A stretch of DNA of 64,000 nt, from positions 627,998,001-628,062,000 of the forward strand of contig NC_091283.1 of assembly GCF_032444005.1 (NCBI RefSeq). The letters are read 5' to 3'. Under the pieces are notes generated by a model, which was given only the letters and a program-made list of their open reading frames with translations, made no database searches and was not told the origin of the DNA. The stretch is from Ranitomeya imitator (lineage: Eukaryota). The position numbers were made by a program, and so were the translations under genes. Below are positions 1 to 22,300 of this stretch, one piece after another (position 1 is the stretch's first letter; every line of letters starts with the position of its first letter).

Positions 1-1150
1 CATTAGACGACTTTATTCTTCGAGTTGGTGCGATTAAAACGATACTAAATTTATATTGTGTTTTTATATTTGGCTTGCTGTCACACACTAAAAACGCTTT
101 TTATTGCTCATCGCCATATTTTGACAGCTGCAATTTTCCTATATTTCTGCCGACAGTCATGAGTGGGTTTGTTATTTTGCGGGACAAGTTGACGTTTTTA
201 TTGGTACCATTTTTGGGCACATGACATTTTTTGATCGCTTTCTATTCCAATTTTTGGGGGGCAGAATGAACAAAAACCAGCAATTCAGGATGAGGTTTTT
301 TTTGGGGGGATGGGTTTATTCATGTGATAAAATTGTTAAGGCAGTTTTATTCTTTGAGTCAGTACGACTACAGCGATACCACACCTATAACTTTTTTATG
401 TTTTGGCACTTTTACACAAACTTTTCCATCGCTTTATTCTGAGAGCTATAACTTATTTTTCCGCTGATGGAGCTGCATGGCTGATTGCTTTTTTGAGGGA
501 CAAGATAACGTTTTCAGTGATACAATTTTTGATTTACATTCGTCTTTTCGATCACGTTTTATTCCACTTTTTGTTCGGCGATATGATGAAAAGCATTGTT
601 TTTTGCCCAATTTTTTTTTTTTTTTTTTTACAAGTGTTCACTGAAGGGGTTAACTAGTGGGACAGTTTTATGGGGCAGGTCATCCAGGACATGGCAATAT
701 CAAATACCGGTATGTGTACTTAAATTTCTATTTTTCTGTAAAAAAAATAAACAAATATCAGTACAATATATATTTCTTTTAATAGTTTTTTTTATTTAAT
801 ATTTTTACAATTTTTTTTATTATACTTTGTCCCATTATGGGACTTGGACTTTTAGCAGCCTGATCGCTGATATAATCCATTGCAGTGCACAAGCATGGCA
901 ATGGATTACAACTGTTAGTACTGCACTGACAAGCCCGAGACAGTGCTTTGCGCATCATCTTAGGGGCTTGCCGTAGCCTGGTGACCTGAATGTCATCATG
1001 ACAAAATAGGGCCCCCACGTTGCCATGGGGGTTAAAGTACTGGGAGCAGTGTGGTCACGGCTCTTGCACTAAGTGCCGGGTGTCAGCTGTCAGAATCAGC
1101 TGACACCCGGCAGCGGTCGCATGCGTACAGCTTGTGTGTGTGCAAAATCG
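1..1150. mobile_element. Internal fragment of the piggyBac-like non-autonomous family (runs off the window start)
   Basis: Segments near 180-290 are reverse-complement similar to 60214-60310; ends not seen. Confidence 0.55.
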
Positions 1151-2180
1151 CCTGGTCGTACTCAGTATGTTCAAGGTTGGTAAGTACCAATCGACCAAGA
1201 CAGAGTACATCCAAGCAAGTGAACAGGTTAACACCTAAACATCTGTCCCTTCTATTCTGCATTCTCTTCCTGTGTCACACTGACTGTGTCCCAGTCATGA
1301 CATCCATCCAGTCATGTCTATGTGTGGGTCACACATACCGTGTGAAAACAGACATGTGCCCTGCTCCATAGATTATAACGGGTGTGCGTGAGTACGTATG
1401 AAAAATAACACCACACCTATTGGAAACACAGACATGTGAGGGGGCCTAAGAGTGCACACCAAAGTTTCTAATCAATAGGGCTCCCACTAATCACATTCTC
1501 TACGAATGAGTGGAGTGTTCTTGTACTGTACTCTGCCCTAAACGCTGTAGCCCCACCGTGCATGCACTACTACTTCTCCTTTTAACTGGAGGACAAGAAA
1601 CCCGCTAAGTGACTCTCTCATTCATTCTAATACTTTGGCTATTGCAATGTTGCTTCTCTCTACTAGGAATCTGTGTAAGTAGCCTCCAATTACTGTAGAT
1701 TTACCTCACTGTACCAACAGTGCATACATGATGGACGTACACGTGGAATAGTTCACAGGCTAAATGTCCTGGCCGGCCCACTGTGTATAGTCTGGCCTGT
1801 CAGGTTGCTGTACGTGAGCCAGGCAGTAATATAAGGCATTATATGGACATATAATAGGACCCGGCTGAGTACACCTCTCACAAAGTTCGAGTACACCTCA
1901 TACTCCGTATTTAGTAAATATGGAGGGTTCTGCCATCACTTCTCTGCAGGAGAAATTGATTAGACAAGAATTCTATCTGGATCCATTTCATATCTGTGTT
2001 TTCCTAATCCCAGCCCCATTCATTTCTATAGACTGGCTCCAAGGCATACTCAGTAGCTGTATTACAGTAATGTCCGTTCTTCACCACCCCCTCCACCTGC
2101 GAGAACGCACATTAAGACCAACAGTTCAATGTTACTGCTGGCATAAACAGTCCATTTATCCACCCACTAATCAGGAAGTC

Positions 2181-2683
2181 AGGCAGGCTGGACAGCGGCA
2201 CGGTCGGGCAGCCATGCTGGCAGGACAGCGGCACGGTCAGGCAGTCAGGCTGGCTGGACAGCGGCACGGTCGGGCAGCCAGGCTGGCAGGACAGCGGCAC
2301 GGTCGGGCAGTCATGCTGGCAGGACAGCGGCACGGTCGGGCAGACAGGCTGGCTGGACAGCGGCACGGTGAGGCAGCCAGGCTGGCTGGACAGCGGCACG
2401 GTTGGGCAGCCAGGCTGGCAGGAGAGCGGCCTAGTCAGGCAGTCAGGACAGCGGCACGGTCAGGTAGTCAGGCTAGCGGCACGGTCAGGTAGTCAGGCTG
2501 GCTGGACAGCGGCACGGTCGGGCAGTCAGGCTGGCAGGACAGCGGCACGGTCAGGCAGTCAGGCTGGCTGGACAGCGGCACGGTCGGGCAGCCAGGCTGG
2601 CTGGACAGCAGCACGTTCGGGCAGCCAGGCTGGCTGGACAGCGGCACGGTCAGGCAGTCAGGCTGGCTGGACAGCAGCACGGT
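2181..2683. repeat. GC-rich ~33-bp minisatellite (GGACAGCGGCACGGTCGGGCAGCCAGGCTGGCT)n, ~15 degenerate copies
   Basis: Visible periodicity; 11-aa period in the overlapping ORFs. Confidence 0.9.
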
Positions 2684-3585
2684 TTTGAAGCCAGAAGATT
2701 AGAATAACCCTTAAAATCCAAGCAGTTTCGTCGTCTTCATCTGAAGGGAGGTGGGGATCTGTCAGATCCTACAGACAATAGATCTGGCAAGTCCCTCATC
2801 GATATCATGGCACTATCATCCAATAAAAACATTCACAAAGTTTAATAAGTAAAATCGTTTAAAACACTCAGACAAATCTCTAAACATTGTCAAAACTGGA
2901 AGTGCAAGTGTAGACAAGACTTTGGGGGGAGAGGCTATTTAGTGTTTAAGGCGTAAAGGCAAATCATGTTATAAGAGGAAGCTGTTGAATATGGGGTGGG
3001 GGAGAGCGTGTATACAGATTTATGATAGAGAGAACCACATATGGAGCTGTGATCAGTCTTCAGCCTGCTCTTCTATAAATATTGCCAATAACATAAAATT
3101 AGCAAGAATACTGGGGTGCTCTGGAGGTCCGTAGCAATGGATGAAAAGCTGCAGGTTACTATGCTCGGATCCTGAACTACTGTAACTTAAGGCTCTCCAG
3201 CTATTTTATAACTACAAGCCCCAGCATGCCATGATGATCGACAGCTTTCGTAGCCTCCTGGGAGTTGTAGATCTGAAATGGCTAGACCGAGATAGCTTGC
3301 CAAACACTGTCCTAGAAAAGGAATCTGAAGGACACAGACAGACGTGGCAGGGTCTCAGAGTAACAAGAGATGTTACGGTACAATAGGAAGATTTAAAAAC
3401 TATTTAAAAGAAGAAATGTTTTCAGTGAGAATATTAAAAGGGTAGCCGAACATGGAGATGTGTTCCTTCATTTGAACCATATGTACAAAAGGGAAAGAGT
3501 CCCTATAGATTATGTATGGTATGTACACCCAATGGAAACCAAGCCTGTAAAGCTGCCAGTAGACATTAGATGAAGATGTGCCGTC

Positions 3586-4272
3586 TAGAGATTAGCATGA
3601 TAAGTGCTCGTTTCTCAAGTTTGCCGAGAGTGCTTATGTATGTACCGAGTATCGCGGGTGCTCGAGTGACGTGCGGCCGCGGGTGCTCGAGTGACGTGCG
3701 GCCGCGGGTGCTCGAGTGACGTGCGGCCGCGGGTGCTCGAGTGACGTGCGGCCGCGGGTGCTCGAGTGACGTGCGGCCGCGGGTGCTCGAGTGACGTGCG
3801 GCCGCGGGTGCTCGAGTGACGTGCGGCCGCGGGTGCTCGAGTGACGTGCGGCCGCGGGTGCTCGAGTGACGTGCGGCCGCGGGTGCTCGAGTGACGTGCG
3901 GCCGCGGGTGCTCGAGTGACGTGCGGCCGCGGGTGCTCGAGTGACGTGCGGCCGCGGGTGCTCGAGTGACGTGCGGCCGCGGGTGCTCGAGTGACGTGCG
4001 GCCGCGGGTGCTCGAGTGACGTGCGGCCGCGGGTGCTCGAGTGACGTGCGGCCGCGGGTGCTCGAGTGACATGTGGCCGCGGGTACTCAAACATTTTCAT
4101 GGCTGTCAGACATCCACAAAACATGCAAGGATTGCTTGTGTTTGTCAGGCAATACCCGCATGTTTTGTGGCTGTCTAACAGGTGCGAAAATGCGTATGCG
4201 GGGACAAACATCTCAGCGCATACCAGAGCACCCTAGGAAAACTCAAGTAACGAACACTTGCGCTCATCACTA
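3586..4272. mobile_element. MITE-like element with AG(A/T)GATGAGC-type termini hosting the 25-bp array
   Basis: Left TAGAGATTAGC, right GCTCATCACTA; superfamily not assigned. Confidence 0.55.
3653..4088. repeat. 25-bp tandem array (CGCGGGTGCTCGAGTGACGTGCGGC)x~17
   Basis: Nearly invariant units; five CpG, one XhoI site per unit and a NotI site at each junction. Confidence 0.97.
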
Positions 4273-5012
4273 GTGCTGCCATGTGTGACTGTTGGAGAAG
4301 GTCATAGTATGCCACCAACATCCAAGGAGGCAGAAAAGCGACAAATACCACTACTGTTGCATGCAGACATCGTGTGGCTGAGCCCTGGTACAGATATCAC
4401 ATTGGGGTCTGGTAGGTGTCAGCGATGTCTCAGAGCAAATGTCGTTTGTTATGGATAAGAATGACCTAATGTCTATGGTCAGTTTTACGGACACCAGAGA
4501 CACTGGTGATGCTGCCCCTCTCCCTAATACAGGAATCATGGGGACGGCGATATACAAAGATCCAATAAAATTTGACTCAACCTAACAACACAAACTAAAA
4601 CCATTTTGGGGATATGCAATAGTCAACCGTTAATAAGCATATTGTTTTGCATATTTTGACTTTCCAGGGGACTTGTCACACTGAATTAGCAAAGCATATA
4701 AAAGCAGAGTGGTGCCCTTAAACATGAAATCGTTATCTATTCTCCATTTTGGCGACCGTCCCAGTGTCATGCCAGTGGCATTGCACGCTTATCATAAGAT
4801 AAGACGCTGTGGTGCTTTTAGTTAAAAGAAGGCTGGTCCCTGCCACGGCAGCTTTAGATAACGGAAACTTTCTGATGGCTGAATAAATTACCTAGAGAAA
4901 TGGTATTTTAAGACATCAATGTGATTAGAAGTGGCAGCGCTAGGCCCAATATATTCTGTTCAGGGGGAACATGACAGATCCTAATATCCTATTCTACTGT
5001 CCTTATGGATTG

Positions 5013-5027
5013 CACGCCATCTACTGG
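5013..5027 (-). promoter_or_regulatory. CTCF-like motif CCAGTAGATGGCGTG
   Basis: Close match to the CTCF core consensus; motif only. Confidence 0.35.
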
Positions 5028-5138
5028 ACATACTGTGTATAATGCACATGACGGGACCCCTGGTATATGGTGGATGAGAGCACTTTGTATCACTGAACTG
5101 GGACAGAGAATAGTATTAGGAGTACGGGGAGTGGAGTC

Positions 5139-15882
<10,744 letters not shown>

Positions 15883-15937
15883 CCTGAGACTCAGTGTCAA
15901 GCGACCGGAAACGCCCCACAAGCCGCAGCCACCTCCC

Positions 15938-16003
15938 CCGGAAGTGACGCCGCCGAGGGACCAATCCCATAGCAACCACAAGCTTCGAGGCGGCGGCCAT
16001 TTT
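15938..16003 (-). promoter_or_regulatory. PCYT2 proximal promoter motifs in a CpG-rich patch
   Basis: ETS-type CCGGAAGTGACG 15938-15949; CCAAT 15961-15965; RFX-like half site CCATAGCAAC 15967-15976; YY1-type AAAATGGCCGC (minus) 15993-16003. Confidence 0.65.
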
Positions 16004-16078
16004 TGTTCAGGGCAGCTTCCAGTTGCGGCTGCACAATATAGACCACACGCAAGAGATCATTCTGCTAAAAAGATTTGT

Positions 16079-16094
16079 TTTATTTTTTTTTATT
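16079..16094 (-). terminator. SIRT7 polyadenylation signals (two AATAAA)
   Basis: Minus-strand AATAAA at 16089-16094 and 16079-16084, about 65-80 nt after the stop, followed by the GU-rich run tcttgcgtgtggtct. Confidence 0.7.
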
Positions 16095-16157
16095 AAAACA
16101 CGGAAATTACAAAAAGATCAAATGTGCAAATATTTCCTGCATACAGCAGTCAGGGCA

Positions 16158-16344
16158 TTAACACTTAGATTTCCTCCTTCCTTTGGTGCATCCTTTACCA
16201 AACCAGCCACCACTAAGCGCCTCTGATGGCGGCTGGTGTGACCGCACGTCTGGCGTCTCCGCTGCCTTTATGAGTTTACGAGTATGGCTAGCCTCTTCTC
16301 CTGGGCGCAGGGGTACAGCCATGGAGAAGATTGGGTCCGTGGAC
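16158..16344 (-). CDS. SIRT7: SIRT7 exon 10 coding part ([20 protein letters not shown]...[17 protein letters not shown])
   Basis: Acceptor ctcctctag|; TAA at 16158-16160; C-terminal GGWFGKGC plus basic tail. Confidence 0.95.
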
Positions 16345-19300
16345 CTAGAGGAGAGGGTGTAGTTAGTAACCCACCATAGGTATGGGCGACACACATGGGA
16401 CAAGGACACCAGGTCGGAGCTGGGGCCTAACACAACGTCAGTCATGCTACACTTTACATTGTGCCGTCCCTCGGCTATCCCTCCTGGGAATGGATGAGTA
16501 CATGGACGCTGGGGTGCTCCAGATGTGCTGCTTTATGGGAAATTAAAGTATGGGCTAAAACCTACATAATAAGATCTTAAAGGGGTTGTCCCCTTTCAGA
16601 AAACCTTGGTCTATAAATTGCGAGTGTATAAAAAAACAAAAACGGACTGAGTATTATGAACATACAATGAATGCGGCACCAGCTCTCCACCGCCGCTGCA
16701 GCCAATCAGCTTAGCGGACTGCAGGACTGTTAAAATGACATCAGCGCTGCAGACAAACAACTATTACTAGAGAAGCGGGGGAGAGCTGGAGCTGCACAGT
16801 AGTGTATGTCATAGTCTGGAGTCACAACTTCTAGCCCAAGCGGTTCTGAATGGGGACAATCCCTATAAATGTCAGCAGTGTTTCTCATGGGACTCCGAAC
16901 ATTGCACACAAAATCTGACCAGGTTTAGGTCAGGGAACAGGTGTAAGGGACCCCCACCACACAGGTACCTGGGGTAAAGCTGGCTGGACCCATTTTAGAC
17001 GGGCTAAGTGACCATGTAGGGTATCCCAATTAATAGTGATAGGAGCAAGACCAGGCAGTGTACATTTTAATGCCAACTCCTTGTGTTCCCCCTAGAGATA
17101 AGCGGGAATTTGAGGAATTTGTCCTGGCTAGCTCCCCTCTTCCTAACCAGAACACGTCATCAGACACACTGGAGAGCGATTGGCTGAAGGGGCTGGCCAG
17201 CACTTGGAAAACTCCTTCTCAATTACAACATTCTCCCACATAAAATAAAAACTTCGATTCAACATCGGCTCTGGTTCACAAGTGACATTCTGTCACGTGA
17301 CCTCTGCAGCCAATTAGATGCCTCTTCCCTCACTTCCTTTGCATGAAACGGACATCTGGAAGAAGTGAGAGCTGTTCTGTTGCTGCTCTCTGACTACCTC
17401 CGGATGTCAGTTACGTCTGAAGGAAGAGTGAAACAGCGTCTGATTGGTTGCAGGGCTCACGTGACATAACGATGTGCTGATGACTCTAAAATGGCGTTGG
17501 CACCAGAGGAGAGTATAAGGCAGTGGTGGCGAACCTACTGCACGAGTGCCAGAGGGGGCACACAAAGCCCTCCCTCTGAGCACGAGCGCCATCTCCTCAA
17601 AACTAGCGCCGTCACCACTCTCCTCAGCCCACTCGTAATCTCCCTCGTCACTCATCACTAGCGCCGGCGCCATGGCCACTCTCCTCCGCTCCTAACTCTC
17701 CCATCAGGCCGCACGCCATTCCATGAGTCTGCGCACATGAGGGCTGAGGAGAGTGGCAGCAGCACGACTGCCGAGATGACGCACGTGCCCACAGGTAGGG
17801 CTCATATATGAAGAGGCCAGATCAGCGTTGGAACGGGCAGAGGCGAGTAGTTTTTTTTTTTTTTTTTTTTTTTTTAACGGGAGGCCATTATAGTATGGAG
17901 CATCATGTGGGGCCATTATACAGTAAGCAGCTTCACGTGGGGCCATTATACTGTATGCAGCATCACGTTTGGCCATTATACAGTATGGAGCATCATGTGG
18001 GGCCATTATACAGTATTGAGTATCATGTGGGGCCATTATACAGAATGGAGCGCTATGTGGGGCCATTATACAGAACTGAGCATCATGTGGGGCCATAGTA
18101 CTGTATGGAAGGCAATGCAGGACCCTATTATACTGTATAGAGCACTATGTGGAGCACATTACACTTTATGGAGCACTATGCAAGGCCCACAACACTGTAT
18201 GGAGGACTATGTGGAACCATTGTACTGTATGGAGGACATTTTGTGCACATTATACTGTATGGAAAGTTGTGTGGGGATTACCTTTGGAAAATCACACTGT
18301 GATGGGGCCATCATTCTTTGTTATTCTACAGTATAGACGCTATAGGGCGCTAATGTAGGAGCTGTTTTTCTAATCTAACACTTCAGTATTCCGGTTAAAT
18401 TGCCGTGTTGGCACTTTGCGATAATTAAGTGGGTTTCAGATTGCAGTTTGGGCACTTGGTCTCTAAAAAGTCCGCCATCACTGGTATAAGGTGTCTGTAT
18501 TCTACATAGGGGAAGCCATCTGATGTATTATGGCCATCATAAAAGTCAAAGTGGGACGAAATTGCAAATTTGCACACCAAAGATCTTGTGTGTAATAGAT
18601 AGCACGGATCCTTTGGGCCAACCATTGTTGGGGGCCTCAGCCCACAGGCCCTCCTTATATACCCACACGGTATATATTAATTTAAAAAGAATCACCTGTT
18701 ATATTCTGGAATGTCCAACTTCAGCTCATCCATCAGACGTCTCATGACCTCATCACATTTTCCATGGATTTTCTGGGTGGCTAGTGCATCTTTAGGTGTC
18801 CACTGAGGAAATATATAGTGCCGATGGGTGACAATGGCGCTCCTGATCCTGTCTACACTTCACATTATCACCTTTTACACAGGCAACGATTTATCCAAGG
18901 AAAGTTATTTCTGAACAGGCTGTTAGGGATCCAGCACGACAACACCTCAATGCTCCGCGGTGCAGAGTGTGACACTTTCTAAAAAAAAAAATACTGCTAT
19001 GCTGACAACTAGAAATAAAAAGAATTGACTCCAGAAAACGGTTCTACGTGACATGCAATCCATTGATCATTTATGACCTCAACGATCAGAAATGGCGTCA
19101 TTCTAGTCTCCAAATAGATGTGACGGTAACCAGCAGATTGAGCACACTGCTTATGTGACAACCATGTAGTACCCGAATCCGTCCTCTTTGTATAGGAGAA
19201 ATGCAAGAAGCGGCTTCTTGTGTTGCCCGATTGTCACAGCACCAATATTGTCCGATTTGTTTGCTGCAACTTCTGCAGTAAACTTTCATTTTCAGGTCAA

Positions 19301-22300
19301 AGACGAGAACTCTAGCAAGACCGACTTAAGACAAGAATTTCCACTGGCTCTTACCTGCAAATTTACAATGTAAAGCTTGGGCCGCCGTGTGCTAGGTCTA
19401 TTCATCCCCCATAGACAGTGGTATTTCTTCAAGATCTGAGGAGGAGATCATGATCAGTCACAAGTAACAGAGCAGGACAGAGCAGTGAGGCGTAAGGGTG
19501 AAACATCTCACATGCCTGGTAACTAGAGCCTCTGCATGACACCACGGCAGCCATTTACATTCTGACCCAGGTAAGACGTGGTTAGCTGCAGAAGATCATA
19601 CATAACACACGAGATTGTCACCTATGGCTTTCAAGCCATCAACAAATCACAAGTCCAATAATGCAGTGACATCCTGACGCTTTCATGCTGGCATTTGTGG
19701 TTACACAACAACTGGAAAGTGACAGGTTGCAGATCAATACTTTAATATTGCTCCTTTCAGGATAATCTTTCAGTGTAAAGAGGCTGCCGATCACCCGAGA
19801 AAGGAGCAAAACGCTCTTTCACATACAGCGCAAAAGATCATCGTTCTCAGCAGCACATTGTCCAGTGTAAACAGGAACCGTGCTGCCGAAAACAATGGCT
19901 CTTTTGCAGAGACTTAATTATGCACCTTGCACAGCGTCTGCCTGTCCAAACAGATAATTATCATTAACGCCTTTGGTCGGTCCATGTAAACTTTTTTTTA
20001 GACTTCGGCTACATTCACATATTAGTTTCCATTTTTACATCCTTGTAAAACAGATGGTTGTGTCACCTGCATCTCCCCCAGTTTCGTCTCTCCTTTTTTT
20101 TTTCCCCAACACTGAAGCCGGTAGACTGTCTGCACTTTATGAATTAACTCTTAACAGTTGGATCAGTTAAAAACTAATGAAATGTTAAAGTAAAAGTCTG
20201 CCTTCAGTTTGTCATCTTTACTGATCTCAGTGAACTTTAATAGACGATTCTAAACTGCACAATGGATGAGAATAGGACTTGTGCTGAGTCCCATGGACCA
20301 GAATCCTTTTTAAACCGGATGTGTATATGGATCAATGAAACCACGGGTATGAGCACAGCCGTGTAAAGTATGGTCAGCACCCAGATGAGGACAAATGAAT
20401 GTGTGAATATAGCCTTTAAGTTGTGTTGTGTGCATAATGGAGTCAGGAGACAAAGGCTGTAGGCTCAATGGACGACAACTATCTCATGTGTACGGTAACT
20501 AAGTGAAATTAATACAAAGATTATTTTATGTTTATTAAAGTAAAGTCCCATTAAGACGAGCGGACTATCAGGAACAAGTGTTTCTTAGAAAATTTGTTCA
20601 CAGATAATGGCTTGTGTAAATAGGCTGGCAATCATCTGACAAGCAAAATCCTCATTCATTGGGCGACAGCATTGCTCAATCATTAACATCATAGACAGAC
20701 ATATTGGATGCGCACACACCATAGGCAGACATTGCTCATGCAGACGAGTGTATAAATCAGATATGTTCATATACATTTTTTAATGTAGATGTATGAAAAC
20801 TGACTGCAAGGAACATAACACGGATGTAAAAAACAGACATAAGAATGAAAATAGTCTGTGTTTTCTGGACAATTTTAATCATCTGCACCTGGTCTGCGTC
20901 ACATTTTTTGTGCTTCATGTACCTTCAGGCTGGAGCCGAGGCAGAGAATGACATCGGCCTTTTCTGCAGCTTTCACGGCCCCCACCCAGTTGAGCGGCTG
21001 CGACAACTTCCCTCGCTCTCCAAAGTGAACAATAGAGTCTCTCAGCTCCCCCCCACACTTGTGGCAGGAACGGCCAGTGTTGTGCTTGTGAAGGGCTGTC
21101 CTCTCCGTCACATCAAACAGTCGCACATACTCTCGGGGAGGTGAACATGATGTGCACACCTACAGGAGAAAGCACACCACTGAGGGCACCACCAAACAAG
21201 GGAACAAATTCTTCTAAAACGCCACATGCCATTTTATCCTTACACAAATGAGGTGTTGTCTGATGGAGCATGTTTCCTGGAGGCAACACTTTTTTGTGTA
21301 CCCTTTTAGGACACACAAATATGATAAGGTTGGGTCTTTGACTCTGGATCCCCCAATAAGAGTAATTAACAAAAAGCATCTCTGTGCAGACGCAACCCCT
21401 CCATGCCCTGCACGTCATACTATCATGGCTGGCAATACTACATGACATGCATGGCCAAATGGAGGACTTCTCTGACTGGTGTGCACCAGTGTCATTTACT
21501 CCCATTATAACAAGAAGAATAATTTTAGGATTATAGATTAACAGAGTTTATGTTTTCAGGAAAGCTGTCAATATAGTCTCCATAGTGGTTTTGCCGTCTT
21601 CCTTAATGGTGCCATATTCCTTTATCTACATAATGGAACTATGTGGATTCTAATGAGAAAAGCTATTAAATAAGCAGTGCAATGTGTCCGCACTAATTAA
21701 CTACTCACGGCTCCAACTTCAAGCCCAAATGCTTAATCTTCCAAAAACGTATGCATAAGAAGGCAGAATCCCTGGACACTTGGATGTATGCAAGTCAATT
21801 AGACCTTCATGTAATAAAACTGAAAGTGAAGGCTGCAGTTAAAGACATTGTCCACTACTTCATGTCTGAACAATTGGGACCTGACACCCAGCACCCACGC
21901 CGGTCAGCTGTCATCGGTCGGAAATACCTGCAGAGCTGGCCGTCTTCTAGTATCGGCTGTGGCTTGGTACTACACATCCTCCTCCTATTCAAATCAATAG
22001 TAGGCGGATGTGCAGTACCCTGCGGCGACCATTATCAGAAGACGGAGCAGCAACACGAGTGAGAATTTCCAGCTGGCGCCAACACCAACTGCAGCTGATC
22101 GGTGATGGTGCCGGGTGTCTGACCCTGAACAGACAGACACTGATGGTCTATCCTAAGGATAGGTCATCAGTGCTAAAGAAGTGGACAACCTCTAAACAAA
22201 TGCTCACAGACACATAGGCCACGTGCACACGGTCAGTATTTGGTGAGTTTTTACCTCAGTAAGTGTAAGCCAAAACCAGGAATGAAGCAATCTGAGGAAA

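Noticed and set aside
1920-2688. AGQRHG/AARSGSQ repeat ORFs
   Set aside because: Products of the 33-bp GC-rich minisatellite.
3566-4211. Repetitive ORFs of 174 and 198 aa
   Set aside because: Translation artefacts of the 25-bp array.
1-5100. Expected neighbouring gene (NPB in the mammalian order) beyond PCYT2
   Set aside because: No neuropeptide B-like sequence was recognisable; it probably lies outside the window.
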